Origin: Azolla caroliniana
Taxonomy: Eukaryota > Plantae > Polypodiophyta
Assembly (NCBI GenBank): GCA_043228905.1
Contig: JBHGNT010000018.1
Location: 15,748,001 to 15,812,000 of the forward strand
Reading direction: 5' to 3'
DNA: 64,000 bases
Shown here: positions 12,456-26,800 of the stretch, piece by piece
Position numbering within the stretch: the first letter of the stretch is position 1
Layout of the letters: every line of letters begins with the position of its first letter
Translations under genes and position numbers: made by a program
The notes under the pieces: generated by a model
Seen by the model: only the letters and a program-made list of their open reading frames with translations
What the model was told of the DNA's origin: nothing
Database searches by the model: none

Positions 12456-14840
12456 TCATAAATTCTCGCCACGATAATAGAATTTAGTAAATGAAAATTC
12501 CTTTTTCCGTAATTCGGTATGGGGTATAATGAGTATAAGGTGGTTGAAGTGCGTGAATCGGAGAGCTACATAAAAATGGCAAAAGACGTCAGTTGGCAGA
12601 AGGGCATGGAGGAAGAGATACGAGGCATTATCAAAGAACGAGACTTGGGACCTGGTAGACGCACCCACAGGTGTGAAATCAATCGAATGCAGGTGGGTAT
12701 AGAAGGTCAAGTACAAGGCCGACTACTATAAGGCCCGATTGTTGGCCAAGGGCTACGCGCAAAACCACGACATCGATTACAATGAGACCTTTGTACAGGT
12801 CACGAAGATGAAAATTGTTCGTGTATTGTTTGTGGTAACAATGGCAAAGAGATGGCACTTACATCTAATGGATGTAAAGAACGCATTTCAGCAAGGCGAT
12901 CTTGGGGAACAAGTGTACATGGTACAACCCCTAGATTTCTATCTGAACAAAACACTTCGATAGTTTGCCAACTTAAGAAATCATTGAATGGACTTAAGCA
13001 AGCCTCGTGTGCCTGGAACGCAAAGTTCACGCATCAACTACGTAAGATGGGGTTTGCCCCATCAAAATCAAATTCTTCACCAATTAGCATTCTGCTATAT
13101 GTCGATGATGTAGTCATCGCCAGTGCCAACCTAAAAGAAATCGGTTGAGTCAAGTCTCAGCTTGCGGCATCATTCAAAATGAAGGATCTAGGGGATCTTC
13201 ATTACTTCCTTGGGATCGAAGTGATCTGTACCCCTGAAGCCATTACATGCTGAATATGCTCTTCAAGCTCGGGATGGCGATTTGCTCGAGAAATGTTAAG
13301 ATTCGCCAAAGTTCGGGAACAGCATGTGACCCGACACGATTCCAACAGATTGTCGGAAGCCTCACTTATTTGACGATTACTCGTTCGAACCTCATTTATC
13401 CGGTCGACTTGATCAGTCAATTCATGTCACAGCCAAAGGCCGAAAACCTTTAATGCACGCAAAGAATATTGTGATATGACAACAAAACTAAAAATAGGGC
13501 GTTGTTGTATCAGGTAGGAGTAGCCGAGGAGTTAGTTGGCTACACGGATGCCGATTGCGTTAGATTCGCGTTTTCATCGGGAAGCGCTACCATCGCCTAG
13601 AGCAACAAGAAGCAATTGACAGTGTCATTGTCAAGCATTGAGGCTAAATATCGAGGGACGATTGTCTCCACGTGTAAAGCCAACCTCAATAGCATCCATT
13701 TAGTGAAGAACCACGTCTTCCATACTCAGACAAAGCACATCGAAGTGCACTATTATTTTTGTTCGCGAGCGTGTACTCTTTGGTGAAGTCAAATTTGTTT
13801 ATGTTCAAACTAATCGGCAGGTTGTCGATATCTTCACCAAACCTGTTGGCATGGACAAGTTGCGACATTTTTCGACTATGCTTCGCTTACAACATGTCGA
13901 CATGCCGAACATGAGGGGGAAGAGTGATGCTAAAAAGGAGGAGAGAGATCAGGTCCGAAAAGTTGAATCAGATGAAGAATTAGATTTTGGATCGACTGAA
14001 GAAGTCGAGAACGTGTGGATAGATGGAAGAAGATCGACTAAACAAAGACTAGCTAGATGCAAGGGGATCGGCCGCAAGAGAGAGTCGAAGCCAGAGCCAA
14101 CCGAACCAAGGGGAGGAAGAGCCGAGAGAGGTGGCAAAGTCGAGAAGGACAGAGCCAACCAAGTGAAGACATGGGCGGAAAAGCAATCGATTCAAATGAG
14201 GAAGGCGATTCGAATGAACCGAATCACACAAAGGCCAAGCGGACATGAAAGAGTGGAAGGGTCGAGGGGCCAAGGCAGTAGACAAACCGACCGTAGAGGT
14301 TGAGGTGCGAGGAACCAAATGAGTCAAGAAGCGCCAGACCAAAGGGGTCATGGGACGCAAGGCCGGACTAGACAGGGAGTGCAAGCAAGGCAACAAGACA
14401 CCAAGAGAGGCTAGAATGACGAACTAGCTAGAGCTGACACAACGGGACCTCGGGTTGAGCTTAAGGGGGATTTTTGAGAAACAAGCTCAATATGGGTCGA
14501 ATCGGTTGGAGACCAATCGACTAGGCCGGAATCGACTGAAGAAGCCAAGAGGCGAGAGGCGAATCGAATAGAGTTCCATTCGGGTATGTCGAGTCGAAGG
14601 GAACCCGATCGATCGTTGGGAGCCTATATTCCTATTATAGTAAATAGGGCTTGTACGTTAGCCCACTCGTTAGGGCTTGTATATAAACTGCACTCTAAGC
14701 ATTGTTGTATGTATTGAGTCTTTTTGTAATCGAAATATTGTTGCCTGCTCCACTTTCTCTCTCTCTCATATTCTTTGTGTTAAATACCTAACTATCAAGT
14801 TTCCGAATAATCGACTGTGTACGCGGTTGTCTTTCGCACA
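12456..14840 (+). mobile_element. Decayed copia 3' half (RT, RNase H, PPT, 3' LTR ~14472-14840)
   Basis: LAKGYAQNHDIDYNETF, MDVKNAF, LLYVDDV, TKHIEVHY remnants; PPT AAGGGGGA at 14463-14470; LTR ends CGCACA. Confidence 0.88.
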
Positions 14841-15111
14841 TGCTTCCACACACTAATCTATTCACAAAAGTCAAGGTGAGTCAAAAATTTCGCCCACTGA
14901 GCTTTTCACCGAATCAAGATGCGAGCATTTTGGAAATATGTCAAGTTCTTATGATCGTTGTAGACAATGATATGTTGAGAAGAACATTTCAGAAAATGTT
15001 GCCATTGTTAAAAAGAATCCACAATTGCAAGAAGTTCTTTTTCATGGATCTCATTGTTGATCTCTACAGCTTCAATTTTCAGGAATGAAAGACGACCCTA
15101 GTGCAAAGTCG

Positions 15112-15587
15112 AATGCATTAGCTTCAAGAATTAAGCGTTTTGTTAGGTCGACATGTGTGCTAAAATAAGTGTCGTTGTAAACGCTTGTTTTAAACTTTCA
15201 AATGCCTTGGTTGTATCCAAACTCCATATGAAACGCATCAGCTTCAAGGATTAAGCATTTTGTTGGGTTGACATATGCTAAAATAGGTGTCGTTGTAAAC
15301 GCTTGTTTTAAACTTTCAAATGCCTTGGCTGCATCTGACATCCATATGAAACGCATCAACTTCAAGGATTAAGCATTTTGTTGGGTTGACATGTGCTAAA
15401 ATAGGTGTCATTGTAAACACTTGTTTTAAACTTTCAAATGCCTTGGCTACATCTGAACTCCATATGAAACGCATCAGCTTCAAGGATTAAGAATTTTGTT
15501 GGGTCAACATGTGCTAAAATAGGTGTCATTGTAAACGCTTGTTTTAAACTTTCAAATGCCTCGGCTATATCTGAACTCCATATGAAT
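15112..15587. repeat. Four tandem copies of a ~119-bp unit from the RT-RNase H connection
   Basis: GCAT(C/T)A(G/A)CTTCAAG(G/A)ATTAAG recurs at ~15114, 15234, 15353 and 15471. Confidence 0.92.
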
Positions 15588-18289
15588 GGTTGATTTCTAT
15601 GTGTGAGTTGAGTGAGTGGAAGCACGACCTTGGAATAATTTTTAATAAATTCCCGATAAAAATTTACAAACCCGAGAAAACATTGCACATGGCGCACTGA
15701 AAGGGGCATCTATCAAACTAAAATTGCTTGAACATTCATGGGGTCCATAGAAATACCATCTGATGATACAACATACCCCAAAAATTTCACTTGATTTTGG
15801 CCGAAACTACACTTTTCTAATTTTGCGTAGAGACCATATTCTCGTATTCGACATAGTACCTAATCAACATGTTTATCATGCTCCTCTTGGGTCTTCAAGT
15901 ACATCAATATGTCATCTACGTAAGCTATAGTGAAGATATCGAGAAAATCTTGAAAAATATCATTCGCCATATGTTTGAAAATTGCAGGTGTATTCATGAG
16001 ATCAAATGGCATCAGAATATGTCCATAGCGAGTGCAAAAAGCAATCTTCCATCCATCCTCCGGACGAATCTGAACTAGATTATATGCACCGCAAAGGTCC
16101 AAGAGATTCAAGATTAATCCATCGATAGTCACTTTGTTTAACCATCGATAATCCACTACCAACTGAAGAGACCCATTTTTTTCTTAACAAAAAAGATAAG
16201 TGCACCAGCAAGGGATCTCAAATGCTAGATGAATCCATTTGTCAAATTCTCATTGACATATTCTCGTACAATCTCTAGCTCTACAGGTAAGAGATTATAA
16301 ATTGGACCCCATGGAGGTTTGTTCCCTAGTTGTAAGTCAATAGGTTAGTCGTATGGCCAATGCTCTAGCAATGTATTGGCCTTCAACTTATCAAAGACAT
16401 TTGAGAACTCTTTGTATTTCTCTAGTAGTTTGATGCCCGACTCATGTAAGATGGATGATGGAATTGCTACTATTGCAAATACGAACATGTCCTCGTTCCC
16501 CCCTTCCTTACATAACCGACGTAGAGAGATGGTCAATAACTTATGGGATCTAGTATCAAATGTCGGAGATGACTACTTGACTATATTACCTGATGTTATG
16601 AGATGACCATCGATGACTCCTACGGTTACTGGGTTTGGGAACATATTCAAGAGGATATTTTGTGTCAATGCAAACTCACGATCCATGAAACAAGAGTTGG
16701 CTCCAGAATCTAGGTAGAGACTATGACTCGATGACATGTAGATGTGGTAAGCTCAACTTGTGTAGGAACCACGACTAGGAACTAACTCTACATATATCTA
16801 AGATGCTCCAACCAAATGGCTCCTATTTTGACCAGACCTACTCATTTAATACATCCTCTAATTGGCCCAAAACATCGAATCTATTCTCATGGCATGGACT
16901 ATTAGGATTACTTATATTATTAGAAGTAATAATGGAACTCAAAGTAAGGTTGTCATGTGCACTTACTTGGTATACTTGACATGTAGGTTTATGTGGACAA
17001 TTCACGACTATATGTCCTGGACCGCCACAATTCACGTCGTTGCTTCTCAACATCTAATAAAGGCCCTCGACATTGTGTCGACAAATTTCTATCGGACTTG
17101 GGTCATCCCTCGTAATGGGTCTGGAAACTTGTGGAGGCGTTGTGACTACTGAAGCGTACATCTGTATCAGTTAGCAACGTAACATTTGTTGACGCTCAAA
17201 ACGTCGTTCAAATAGGTGATTATCACATCACACAGCTCGACTAATGGCCTGTGTAAGAGACTTCGGATCTTCGGATCTTTGACATCATTACGCAAACCTT
17301 AACATAATTGATCTATTAAGGCCGCCTCATCCCAACGGATATCGCATGCCAAGAGACGGAAATCAACAGCGTAAGCCAATGCGGGACGATCTCCTTGTTG
17401 GCACCTTCGAATGTTGTATTGTCGTCCTAATGATGTTAGTGTCTCCGAAACTAGCTTGACACTCCTTAAGAAATACATCAAAATCCTCCAACAACGATGA
17501 TTTCTCCTCGAGGAGTGTTGCAAACCATGCTAACATTGTACCATTTAGCAAGGTTCCTACTAATCCCACACGAGCAGCGTCAGTTGGATACTGATTAGGA
17601 TGTAACTGAATAGCCAAACATACTTTATTCAAAAAGCCTCGATCAAATTTGGCAAGGAGGCTAAATCTTTGGTTCTCTAGGGGAGTTTTGAACCCCGACA
17701 CTTGTTCTCATAATGACAATATAGTAGCTTTGAGTTGGTGAACCTGTTGTGATAACTCTTCATATTGTTGAGTTTTCTCGGTACTCACGTGTTGTAGGTA
17801 CCCGAGTAGCCTTTGATTTTCATGCATGCTCACAAACACCATAACTTACGAGGGAAGAGGAGAAGAAAGAAGAGAACTTGTTAGGGTTCTTGGAAGAGGA
17901 AGAAATGAGGAAAATTGGTTCAAACTATCAACATAGAGAGAGGGAGAGAGAGAAGAAGAGTATATTACCATTAAGATCTTGAGAAGTTTAACTTGTACCA
18001 TGACACAGATGGAAGTAATAGAGAATGCTTGCTATTGGTATCCTCATGTTGTGTTTTGCTTACCATGATAGAGAGAAAGAGAGAGTTGAAAGGAAAGTAT
18101 TATATTGCACTATAAGATGGATTACAAAGAGTACGCAACAAGGAGCTCTAGAATGGTGTTGAACCAATTTTATTTTGGGATGATTAATAAATCCCTATAG
18201 AGGTTCTAGAATATAGAACACTCTAAAAATATTCTAGGTTACTCTATATTCTAAAATACTCTAAGAATATTCTAGATTCCTCTATATTC

Positions 18290-18588
18290 TTGAAGCAACG
18301 ACGTCGAGCACACTGCTTATGCCTATATTATGCCGGTCCATGACATATAGTCGTGAATTGTCCATATAAACCTAGACGTCAAGTATACCAAGTGCACATG
18401 TCAACCCTACTTTGAGTTCCATTATTACTTCCAATAACATCAGTAAGCCTAATAGCACATGCCATCAAAATAGATTCAATGTCTTGAGCCAATTAAAGGA
18501 TGTGTTAAATGAGTAAGTCTAGCCAAAATAGGAGCCATTTGGTTGGACCATCCTAGATATGTAGAGTTAGTTCCTAGTTGTGGTTCCA
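18290..18588 (+). repeat. Inverted copy of the chromovirus gag end/protease leader (16765-17050)
   Basis: Reverse complement of 16765-17050. It retains zinc-knuckle bases (LCLYY.GP.HIVVNC) that are deleted in the 17030 copy. Confidence 0.88.
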
Positions 18589-18610
18589 TCTCATCAAATC
18601 AAATTAGTAG

Positions 18611-18664
<54 letters not shown>

Positions 18665-18670
<6 letters not shown>

Positions 18671-21600
18671 GTTCCTCAAATAGAAGGTAGATTTTGAAGC
18701 CCTAAATCGAGTGAAAGGTACATTCTCTCTCCTTCCCTCTCTGTCTCTCTTTTCCCATAGGGTTTGTCCCTACAATGGCAAATACTCGTAAAACCGCAAC
18801 AAAGTTCGGGGGTATGATTGATAATGAGCCGAGATCACCAACAAATCTCGATTCTAATGCAATGGACAAAATGCTTATGAGTCACTTGATTTCTCTTCAA
18901 GAAACCATAAACAAGCAAGGTGAAGAGATTAGGATGTTAATGAAAGAGAATACTAAGCTCCAAAGTGTTGTCATTGAGAATGAAAGTCTTAAACAAGTGG
19001 TTGCAAAACTTCAAGAAGAGATTCAAGAATGTAAAAGAGTTTCTTTTGAAACAAATGAACACCTTAACAAGATTGAGTTAAAGGAAGCGTTAAAAGAAGA
19101 AAAATTGGACACGATGAGGCGGGATGTAAGTGAGATGAAAAATGTATGTACAACGAAGTCATGGGCCGATGTATGTGGTGGGGATGTGCTATCAAACTCA
19201 TCTAATATGCATGTGATGCATCAAGAGAAGAATATAGAAAGCATAGATGTCCGAGAATTGAAAGAACGTGAACGACGATCAAAGAACATTGTCGTCCGTG
19301 GGATTAAAGAAGAGAGTATTGAAACACCCACATCCCTTGGAAAGGCCATTGGTGAATTTTTTAGCATGCAGTAGGGATGTCAGATGTGAATGTATATGGG
19401 GCACACCTAGTTGGGAAACATGGTGTTACTTGCTCCGGAGAAAGGCCTATTGTATGCACAATGACAGATGATACAAAGCGGCAGATCATACTCGAAAATA
19501 GTTGGGTATACCTCAAAGGTACACAATGCTTTGTGAGTGAAGATCGTACTATCTCACAACAAAATGCTCGTCGTAAAGCATATGAAGAAAGATTGAAAAA
19601 CAAGGTTAAGCATGTGCTTAAAGATGGAAATGTAGGTAAATAGGGACACGTGATCAATGAGACTAACCCACACCTTTTATGACTATGCTTTTGGAATTGC
19701 AATGGATACCCATGGAATTCAGGATTTAGCATAGAGGAGTTCACCGATGACTCGGATATCACACTTCTTGTTGAAACATGGGAGCATGATACTCAAAGGA
19801 TTCAAGGTTTAGGAAACTATAATGTACACTCTTTTATATGGAAGAAAAATCCAAGACAAAGAAGAGGACAAGGAGGGGTGGCATGTTTGATTAAGAAGGA
19901 AATAGAGAAATATGTGTCAATCATAAAAAATGATGAACATAAATGTTACATATGGCTCAAAATAGAAACACCTAATGATTTGCCCACTTTTGTAGTTGGA
20001 TGTTACATTCCTCATCAAGATTCTAACTTTTATGCTTGTTTGGATAAAGATCAACCGTTTGCCAATCTAGAAGATGATATTGCTTATTTCAAATCCAAAG
20101 GGGAAGTTATTGTCTTTGGTGACATGAATGCTCGTACAAGAAGTTTCCAACTTGATTCACAAGAATCTTTCATGCCACATATCTCAAGGATGCAAGAGGA
20201 TATGCAAATGTATAACCGCTCTTCTAGCGATAAAAAAGATCCGGACCAATTTGGGAAGTTACTCCTACAAATGTGCAATAGTACCGGATTGCTTATTGCA
20301 AATGGTATTTCCTTATGGCCCAACACTAATGGTTTTACATGTAGAAAACACAACGAAAATAGTGTGATTGACTATCTGCTACTTTTCGAAGGTATTTTGG
20401 ATCGTATACATAAATTCACACTTGGTGAATGGACACCGGAATCCGATCATAAGACTACAAATTGAATCAAACCTTTACATAAAGGTGGAGATATAAATAA
20501 TGTAAACAACTATCGAACCATCATGGTTGGCTCATTAATGGCAAAACTATTTGGATGTATAATGGAATCAAAGATAAGTGTATGGGCTGAAAAAAGTGGT
20601 AAGAGAGCTTATGGACAAGTTGGCTTTCGAAAACACCATAGCACCATTGATCACCTTATCACCCTTCGAGTATTAATGGAGGAAAGTCGCCTTAGAGGTA
20701 AAGGTTTATATTGTTGCTTTGTAGACTTCAAGAAAGCTTTTGATATGGTACCTCGTGAGCATCTTTGGACGCAAATGGAAGAACTTGAGGTGCCAAGTGA
20801 ATATATGATTGCAATTTCCCGAATTTATGAGAAGGTTATATGTTGTGTGCGCATGAGAGATAAACTTTCAGATTTTTTTCAAAAGCACTATTGGTGTTAA
20901 GCAAGGATGCCCACTCTCACCAACACTATTTGGTCTATGCATTGATGAATTGGAAGAAATGGTTACCAAGTTTGCAAAGGAAGAATGTGTTGAAAAAGTT
21001 GCCATTGGGAATGTTGTGATTATGATTTTGTTATATGCAGATGATGTAGTGCTTTTTGCAAATACTTTAGGAGATGCACAAAAGCTTATGAAGGTATTGG
21101 AAAATTTTGCATGCATACTAAATTAAGTGTCAATAGCTCTAAAACAAAGATTATGCTTGTGAAGAGCCAAAAAAGAGATAAACCATGCATTAGGTACAAC
21201 AATGAGCCACTTGAATGTGTGGAAAGCTTCAAATATCTTGGCCTTGAAGTTCCTTCAAATCATAGATGGAATGAATGTGATACACGTTGCTTAAAGGCGA
21301 GCAAGCGAGCATACTATGCATTTGAGAACACATGCAATCTTGGAGATATTAAGTGTTGGGTCCTCAAGAAATATCTTTTCGACACTTTGGTGGCACCGGT
21401 TCTTCTCTATGGGGTGGAAGTATAGGGCGGTAGCATCCCTAAATCTATGTGGAAAGAGTTTGAAAATGTCCAAAAGCATTTTCTTACCAAGTTTCTACAA
21501 GTTAAGAAACAAACACCCTACACCCTCCTCCTCCTTGAGACGGGATCGTTTCCCATTGAGATCATGGCCATGGAAAGGGTTGTTGAATACATGCTGAAGG

Positions 21601-22310
21601 TTCAAAAATGTCCCTCACATCGACTTCCTAGAATTGTATGGGAAGCAAGCAAAAAGATCCAAAAGACGCATAAAAGCAAAATTTTGTGTTCCGGTTGGAT
21701 GCAAGATATAGAAAAATGGTTTGGTAAATGGGATGCGAGACACTTGCTTCATGATGCATCATTAGATTCCTCTATAAATGAGGCCTTTTTGCAACACCAA
21801 TGTATCATGATATGGGACAAATGTGGAGGCTCACACTTCACACATTATACTACACATGTTGCACCTAACTACAAAACCATATTCTTTGCGGAACGGGGAA
21901 ATCGTACACATCCATACATGTTAGAGCCCATATCGTTATCTTCCATTCGAACCATTGCTTCCATGCGACTTAGCTCACATGCATTGCGATGTGAAACAGA
22001 GCGTTGGGGTACAAGTGATGAGAGTGGTCGGCTATGCACACTTCGCCCTAAACAAGTTCGCGAGTCTGAGTATCACACTTTGATACAATGCTCTGCCTTT
22101 GATCATATTCGACCATGCTTTCCACATCTCTTCGATCGAGGCCAATCTTTGTATGAATTCCTCTCACAACCACAATGTGCACTCTCAATTGCAACATTCA
22201 TTGGTAAAGTTCTTGAACATCGAGAGTCACTACTCACTTTCACACGTATCACGTGAAATGTAATTTTTTGGTCTCATAGGTCATATTTGACCTCCGAAGA
22301 CGATAATATA

Positions 22311-22378
<68 letters not shown>
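18665..22378 (+). mobile_element. LINE A: RTEX-like non-LTR retrotransposon, near full length but defective
   Basis: Coiled-coil ORF1 (18775-19643, internal stop); APE endonuclease GDMNAR/IDY/SDH; deletion at ~20455; RT FVDFKKAFD, GVKQGCPLSPTLF, LLYADD; C-terminal RLSSHALRCETERW..C..E.EYH..C; (ATCT)n tail. Begins right after a (CT)n tract. Confidence 0.9.
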
Positions 22379-22488
22379 CTGTTTTTGACACTACCCAAAT
22401 AGCCAAAATAGGAGCCATTTGATTGGATCATCCTAGATATGTAAGTTAGTTCCTAGTCGTGGTTCTGTCTCATCAAATCAAATTAGTA

Positions 22489-22549
<61 letters not shown>

Positions 22550-22827
22550 GACCGTTACTCTTTGTTTTGACCGTTACGTGGCCGTCATCTGCTGCCGCCG
22601 TCGTCTGCAGCCGCGTCGCCTGCTGTCGCTGCTGCTGATGACGCCGCCGTCGCCTGCTGCCGTCGTCGCCGCCGTCTGCCGACTGTCGCCGCCGTCTGCT
22701 GCCGCCGTCTGCCGTCTACCGTCTGCCGTCTGCCGTCTGCCGACTGTCGTCGTCGTCGTCACCGTTGCCATCTTCTTTTGTCTACCGTCGTTCTTGGGCG
22801 TGTTGTTTGCCGATTGTCGCCGTCCTA

Positions 22828-22927
22828 NNNNNNNNNNNNNNNNNNNNNNNNNNNNNNNNNNNNNNNNNNNNNNNNNNNNNNNNNNNNNNNNNNNNNNNNN
22901 NNNNNNNNNNNNNNNNNNNNNNNNNNN
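22828..22927. other. Assembly gap (100 N)
   Basis: Run of n characters. Confidence 0.99.
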
Positions 22928-23100
22928 ACACTCATATCTAGCGCGAAAGACGTCGATGCTTGGCTAAGTTTTTTCTGTCCTTTTGTCTTTTTCTTTCTTT
23001 ATCTTTTGAATTACAAGATGACTTCTCGACGAAACCATAAGGAAACAAACGAAGAAATTATAAGGAAGATTTTTTAGATGTCCTTAACCGGTTCGTTAAA

Positions 23101-23805
23101 ATGGAAAAATGGGTGAAAGAAATTGAAGCTGAAAAACAAAAAGATAAGGAAGAAAGAGAATTGCTTATTGCTGAAGTAGCGAAACTTAAGGTAGATAACG
23201 TAAACCTTCAAAAACGAATTAAGGACCTTGAAACATCTAGGGAAGATGGTGAAATATCTTCTCTAGAGGATATTAAGGACGAGATAAAAAAAGTTAAAGA
23301 AGAGGTTAAAAGTGATATGGAACTAGCAAAAACTGGGTGGGTTGATGTAGTAAAACGTAATATTAAAAAAGAACTAAAGGACGAAAATATTGTAAACACT
23401 ACCCTCGAGGAGGAAAAAATGCGTCAAGCTCGACGCCTAAATGTACGAGTTACTGGGCTCAAGGAAGGGGCATCTCCCGACGAAGATGCACAAACCTTGG
23501 GTAAAATGTTGGGATATGAAGCCCTACCAATCACTAAAACTTGGAGGGTAGGGCGTGACACCACTAGGAAAAGAGCTTTAGTTCTTCAATTTAAGGACTC
23601 GGAATCTAGAATCGCCTTTTTTAAAAAGAGACCAATTCTTCGAGGATTGGGCGGGGAGCCCATCTACCTTGATGAAGACTTGACCAAGATGCAAATTGAG
23701 CATCGTAAAACTTGTATGCCGCGAGTCATACAAGCTCGTAAAGAGGGGCATCGTGCCTTCTACCGAGACGGACGGGTCATAATAAATGATCGCGCTGCCA
23801 ATTGA
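23101..23805 (+). CDS. LINE B ORF1 (coiled coil plus RRM-like); possible true start at 23018 via a frameshift in a T6 run
   Basis: RRLNVRVTGLKE ... ALVLQF ... IYLDEDLTKMQ motifs typical of LINE ORF1; homologous to LINE A ORF1. Confidence 0.85.
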   Translation: MEKWVKEIEAEKQKDKEERELLIAEVAKLKVDNVNLQKRIKDLETSREDGEISSLEDIKDEIKKVKEEVKSDMELAKTGWVDVVKRNIKKELKDENIVNTTLEEEKMRQARRLNVRVTGLKEGASPDEDAQTLGKMLGYEALPITKTWRVGRDTTRKRALVLQFKDSESRIAFFKKRPILRGLGGEPIYLDEDLTKMQIEHRKTCMPRVIQARKEGHRAFYRDGRVIINDRAAN

Positions 23806-23811
23806 CGGCGT

Positions 23812-26800
23812 GTGGCCCATGTGACAAATAATAGACTTAGGATGAGTTTATGGAATTGTAACGGTGCACTTTGGACACACCCTGGCCGTCTAGAGGAGAT
23901 TTTGAGGGTATCTGATATACTTTTTTTGGTAGAAACACATCAAAGTCCAAATCGAGGATTACCACGAGTTGATGGTTTTCGTTGGGAATCTGTCTTTAGA
24001 CAAACCTCACGTCGACACACTACTAGAGGGTCTGGAGGGGTTGCGATATTATTTCGGAGAGAGATACATAGTAGGATAGAAATACTAAAGAAAGACCCAG
24101 CAGCCCGTTTTATGTGGGTGAAAGTACTCACTAGCAAAGATCAGGTGATATTTATTGCCATTTGTTACTTCCCCCCGAAAGGATCTCGGTATAATATGGC
24201 TGGAGTGGCGAGTATAGTTGATGAAGGAACGCCACATGGGCCTTCTCCATACGAACCTTTATCGGATGACATAATCCGATATTCTTCTCAAGGGGAAGTC
24301 TTCCTTGTAGGAGATTTCAATGCGAGAACCCAATCCCGCCAATGCACAATATTTCAGATGGATAGAAACCTAGAAATGGTGAATGTCGACCCTTTAGCCT
24401 TAGGCATAACACGTACATCAAAAGATCAAGGTGCGGACGCCACAAGCTTTGGCCATCATCTGCTTGAACTTGGAAGCCGACACCAGATGATCATATATAA
24501 TGGCTTAGCCAAGTGGCCGGGCTCGGAAGAGCTCACATGTTTCCCACATGGAGGAGGGGAAAGCACAGTTGATTACCTAATAGGACGCCCTGAAGCTACC
24601 CACATGGTTAGCTCCTTCCGGGTGGCCCCATGCCTCATTGGCGCAGACCATAGCTTCCTATACTTTGAGCTAAAATGTGACGCCTCCCACGCCACCAACT
24701 CTAGTAAACCAACCCATCGCACTATAATACATTTCACGCATGAGCTCGCTGACATCTATTCTCGACATGTTCAAGCGCATCTCTCCTCTTTTGATTCTTC
24801 CTTGCCTTTAGAGCACCTCACTACAGAACTCACACACATCCTCCACTCAGCAGCAACTAGTAGCTTCCCATACACGAAAGACTCCAATCATAGTAGAGTT
24901 GGGTCTATGCCACAGAACAAGTGGTATGATGAGGATTGTAGAGAGTTGTATAGACAACTTAAAGTATCGCGGCTTAGTGGTACTATTTCCTCAGTACAGG
25001 CTCGCAAAGAGATGCGCAAGATGACACGTCGTAAAAGATGGGCTTGGGAAGCATCTCAATATTGGGAACTCTACCATATGCTCATGAGTAGGGATTGTGC
25101 CCTCGCATGGAAGAGGCTACGGGAACCGAGACCACAAACACCCATCGAGGATCCCAATATTTGGCACACATATATTGAGAGACTCTACCATGTCCCGAAC
25201 CAACCACCCATTCCAATGCCCTCCACACCTCGACCTACCATGGGGACACTTTTCACGACCTCTAGGGTCACGAAGGTCATCAAAAAATTACAACATAGGA
25301 AATCCATGGACCACACAGGATTGTGTGCCGAGCACATCATATATGCTCGAGAGTGCCTAGCCCCCCTTCTCGCTCTAATCTTCAACCGCGCCCTCGCCGA
25401 GGGTTTTCCACCACAATGGGCCATGAACACAGTGGCCCCTATACATAAAGGAGGGGACTCAATGGACCCAAATACATATAGGACCGTTATGATAGGTCAT
25501 ACGCTCGCTAAACTATATGGTGCAGTAATGGAAGCGGAGCTCAGTGATTATATGGAAACATTAAGTCTTCGAGCACCTGAGCAAGCTGGCTTTAGACGAG
25601 CCTTCTCCACTATTGACCATATCTTCACACTCAGGTGCTTAATTGACCAGACAAAGGCTCGTAAGAAGAAACTATATTGTTGCTTTGTGGACTTTCGCAA
25701 GGCCTTTGACACGGTTCCTAGGGAAAGGTTGTTTGATAGACTTAAGAGCTTGGAGATACCAGATGACATGATCTGGGCCATTTATGCCCTATATGAGCAA
25801 GTCTCTGGGTGTGTAAGATGCCCAGGTGGCCTATCCGATTGTTTCACTAGCACCATTGGTGTAAAACAGGGTTGCCCCCTATCACCGACTCTTTTTGGGA
25901 TCTACATTGATGAGATCACTGATTTTATTGCTCGTAAGGGAGGCAAGGGAGTAGCTATTGGGGAGACGCAAGTTAGTCTCTTACTCTACGCAGACGACAT
26001 TGTCTTGCTCTCAGAGTCGGAACACGACCTACAAAAGCATCTTAATGCCCTGGATGACTTTTGTACACAACGAGGACTGGTAGTGAATTTAGCGAAAACT
26101 AAAGTCCTTATCTTTCATACATCGTCCCGAGTTAGGAGTCAATGTCACCTAATCCTCTCTCATAAACCAGTTGAGGTAGTGGGATCGTATGTATACTTGG
26201 GAGTCACCTTTAGTGCTCGCTCAGGTAAATTCTCGATGACCCAGGCAGCCAAAGATAGGCTAACGAGAGGGTATGCATCCCTCTCACTCTTAGAGAGACA
26301 ATGCCATCAGGCATACTTTCAAGAGCCACGGACTAAGGGATGGCTTTTTGACTCATTAGTGACCCCGTCCCTCATGTATGCATCAGTAGTATGGGCTCCA
26401 GGTTTACCATCTTTCATGTGGACGCAATTAGAGAGACCTTTAGTGACGATGTTATCACGTCAACTCCGAAGCAAATCGACGGTACCACATGACATTATTA
26501 GAGCTGAGTTCAGTCTACCCCCGATGTTAGTAGAAGCACTCTTTCAAGTGGTAGTTTTTATTCATCGGATACATAGCCAACCACAAGATAGGATATCCCG
26601 TCGAGCCTTTGAGGCGTCTCGATCTTTATATGTGTCTGGCGACACTAGCTCTTGGTATAGCATCGTGGTGAGTTGGCTCCGTGCGAACGGCATAGACATT
26701 AATAACCTACCTCCCCTTAAGTACAACCATGGGACTGATCAAACTTTAATCTCTCACGAAGATCGTAATAAAGTGATACGCCAAGAAATATGGCAAATTT

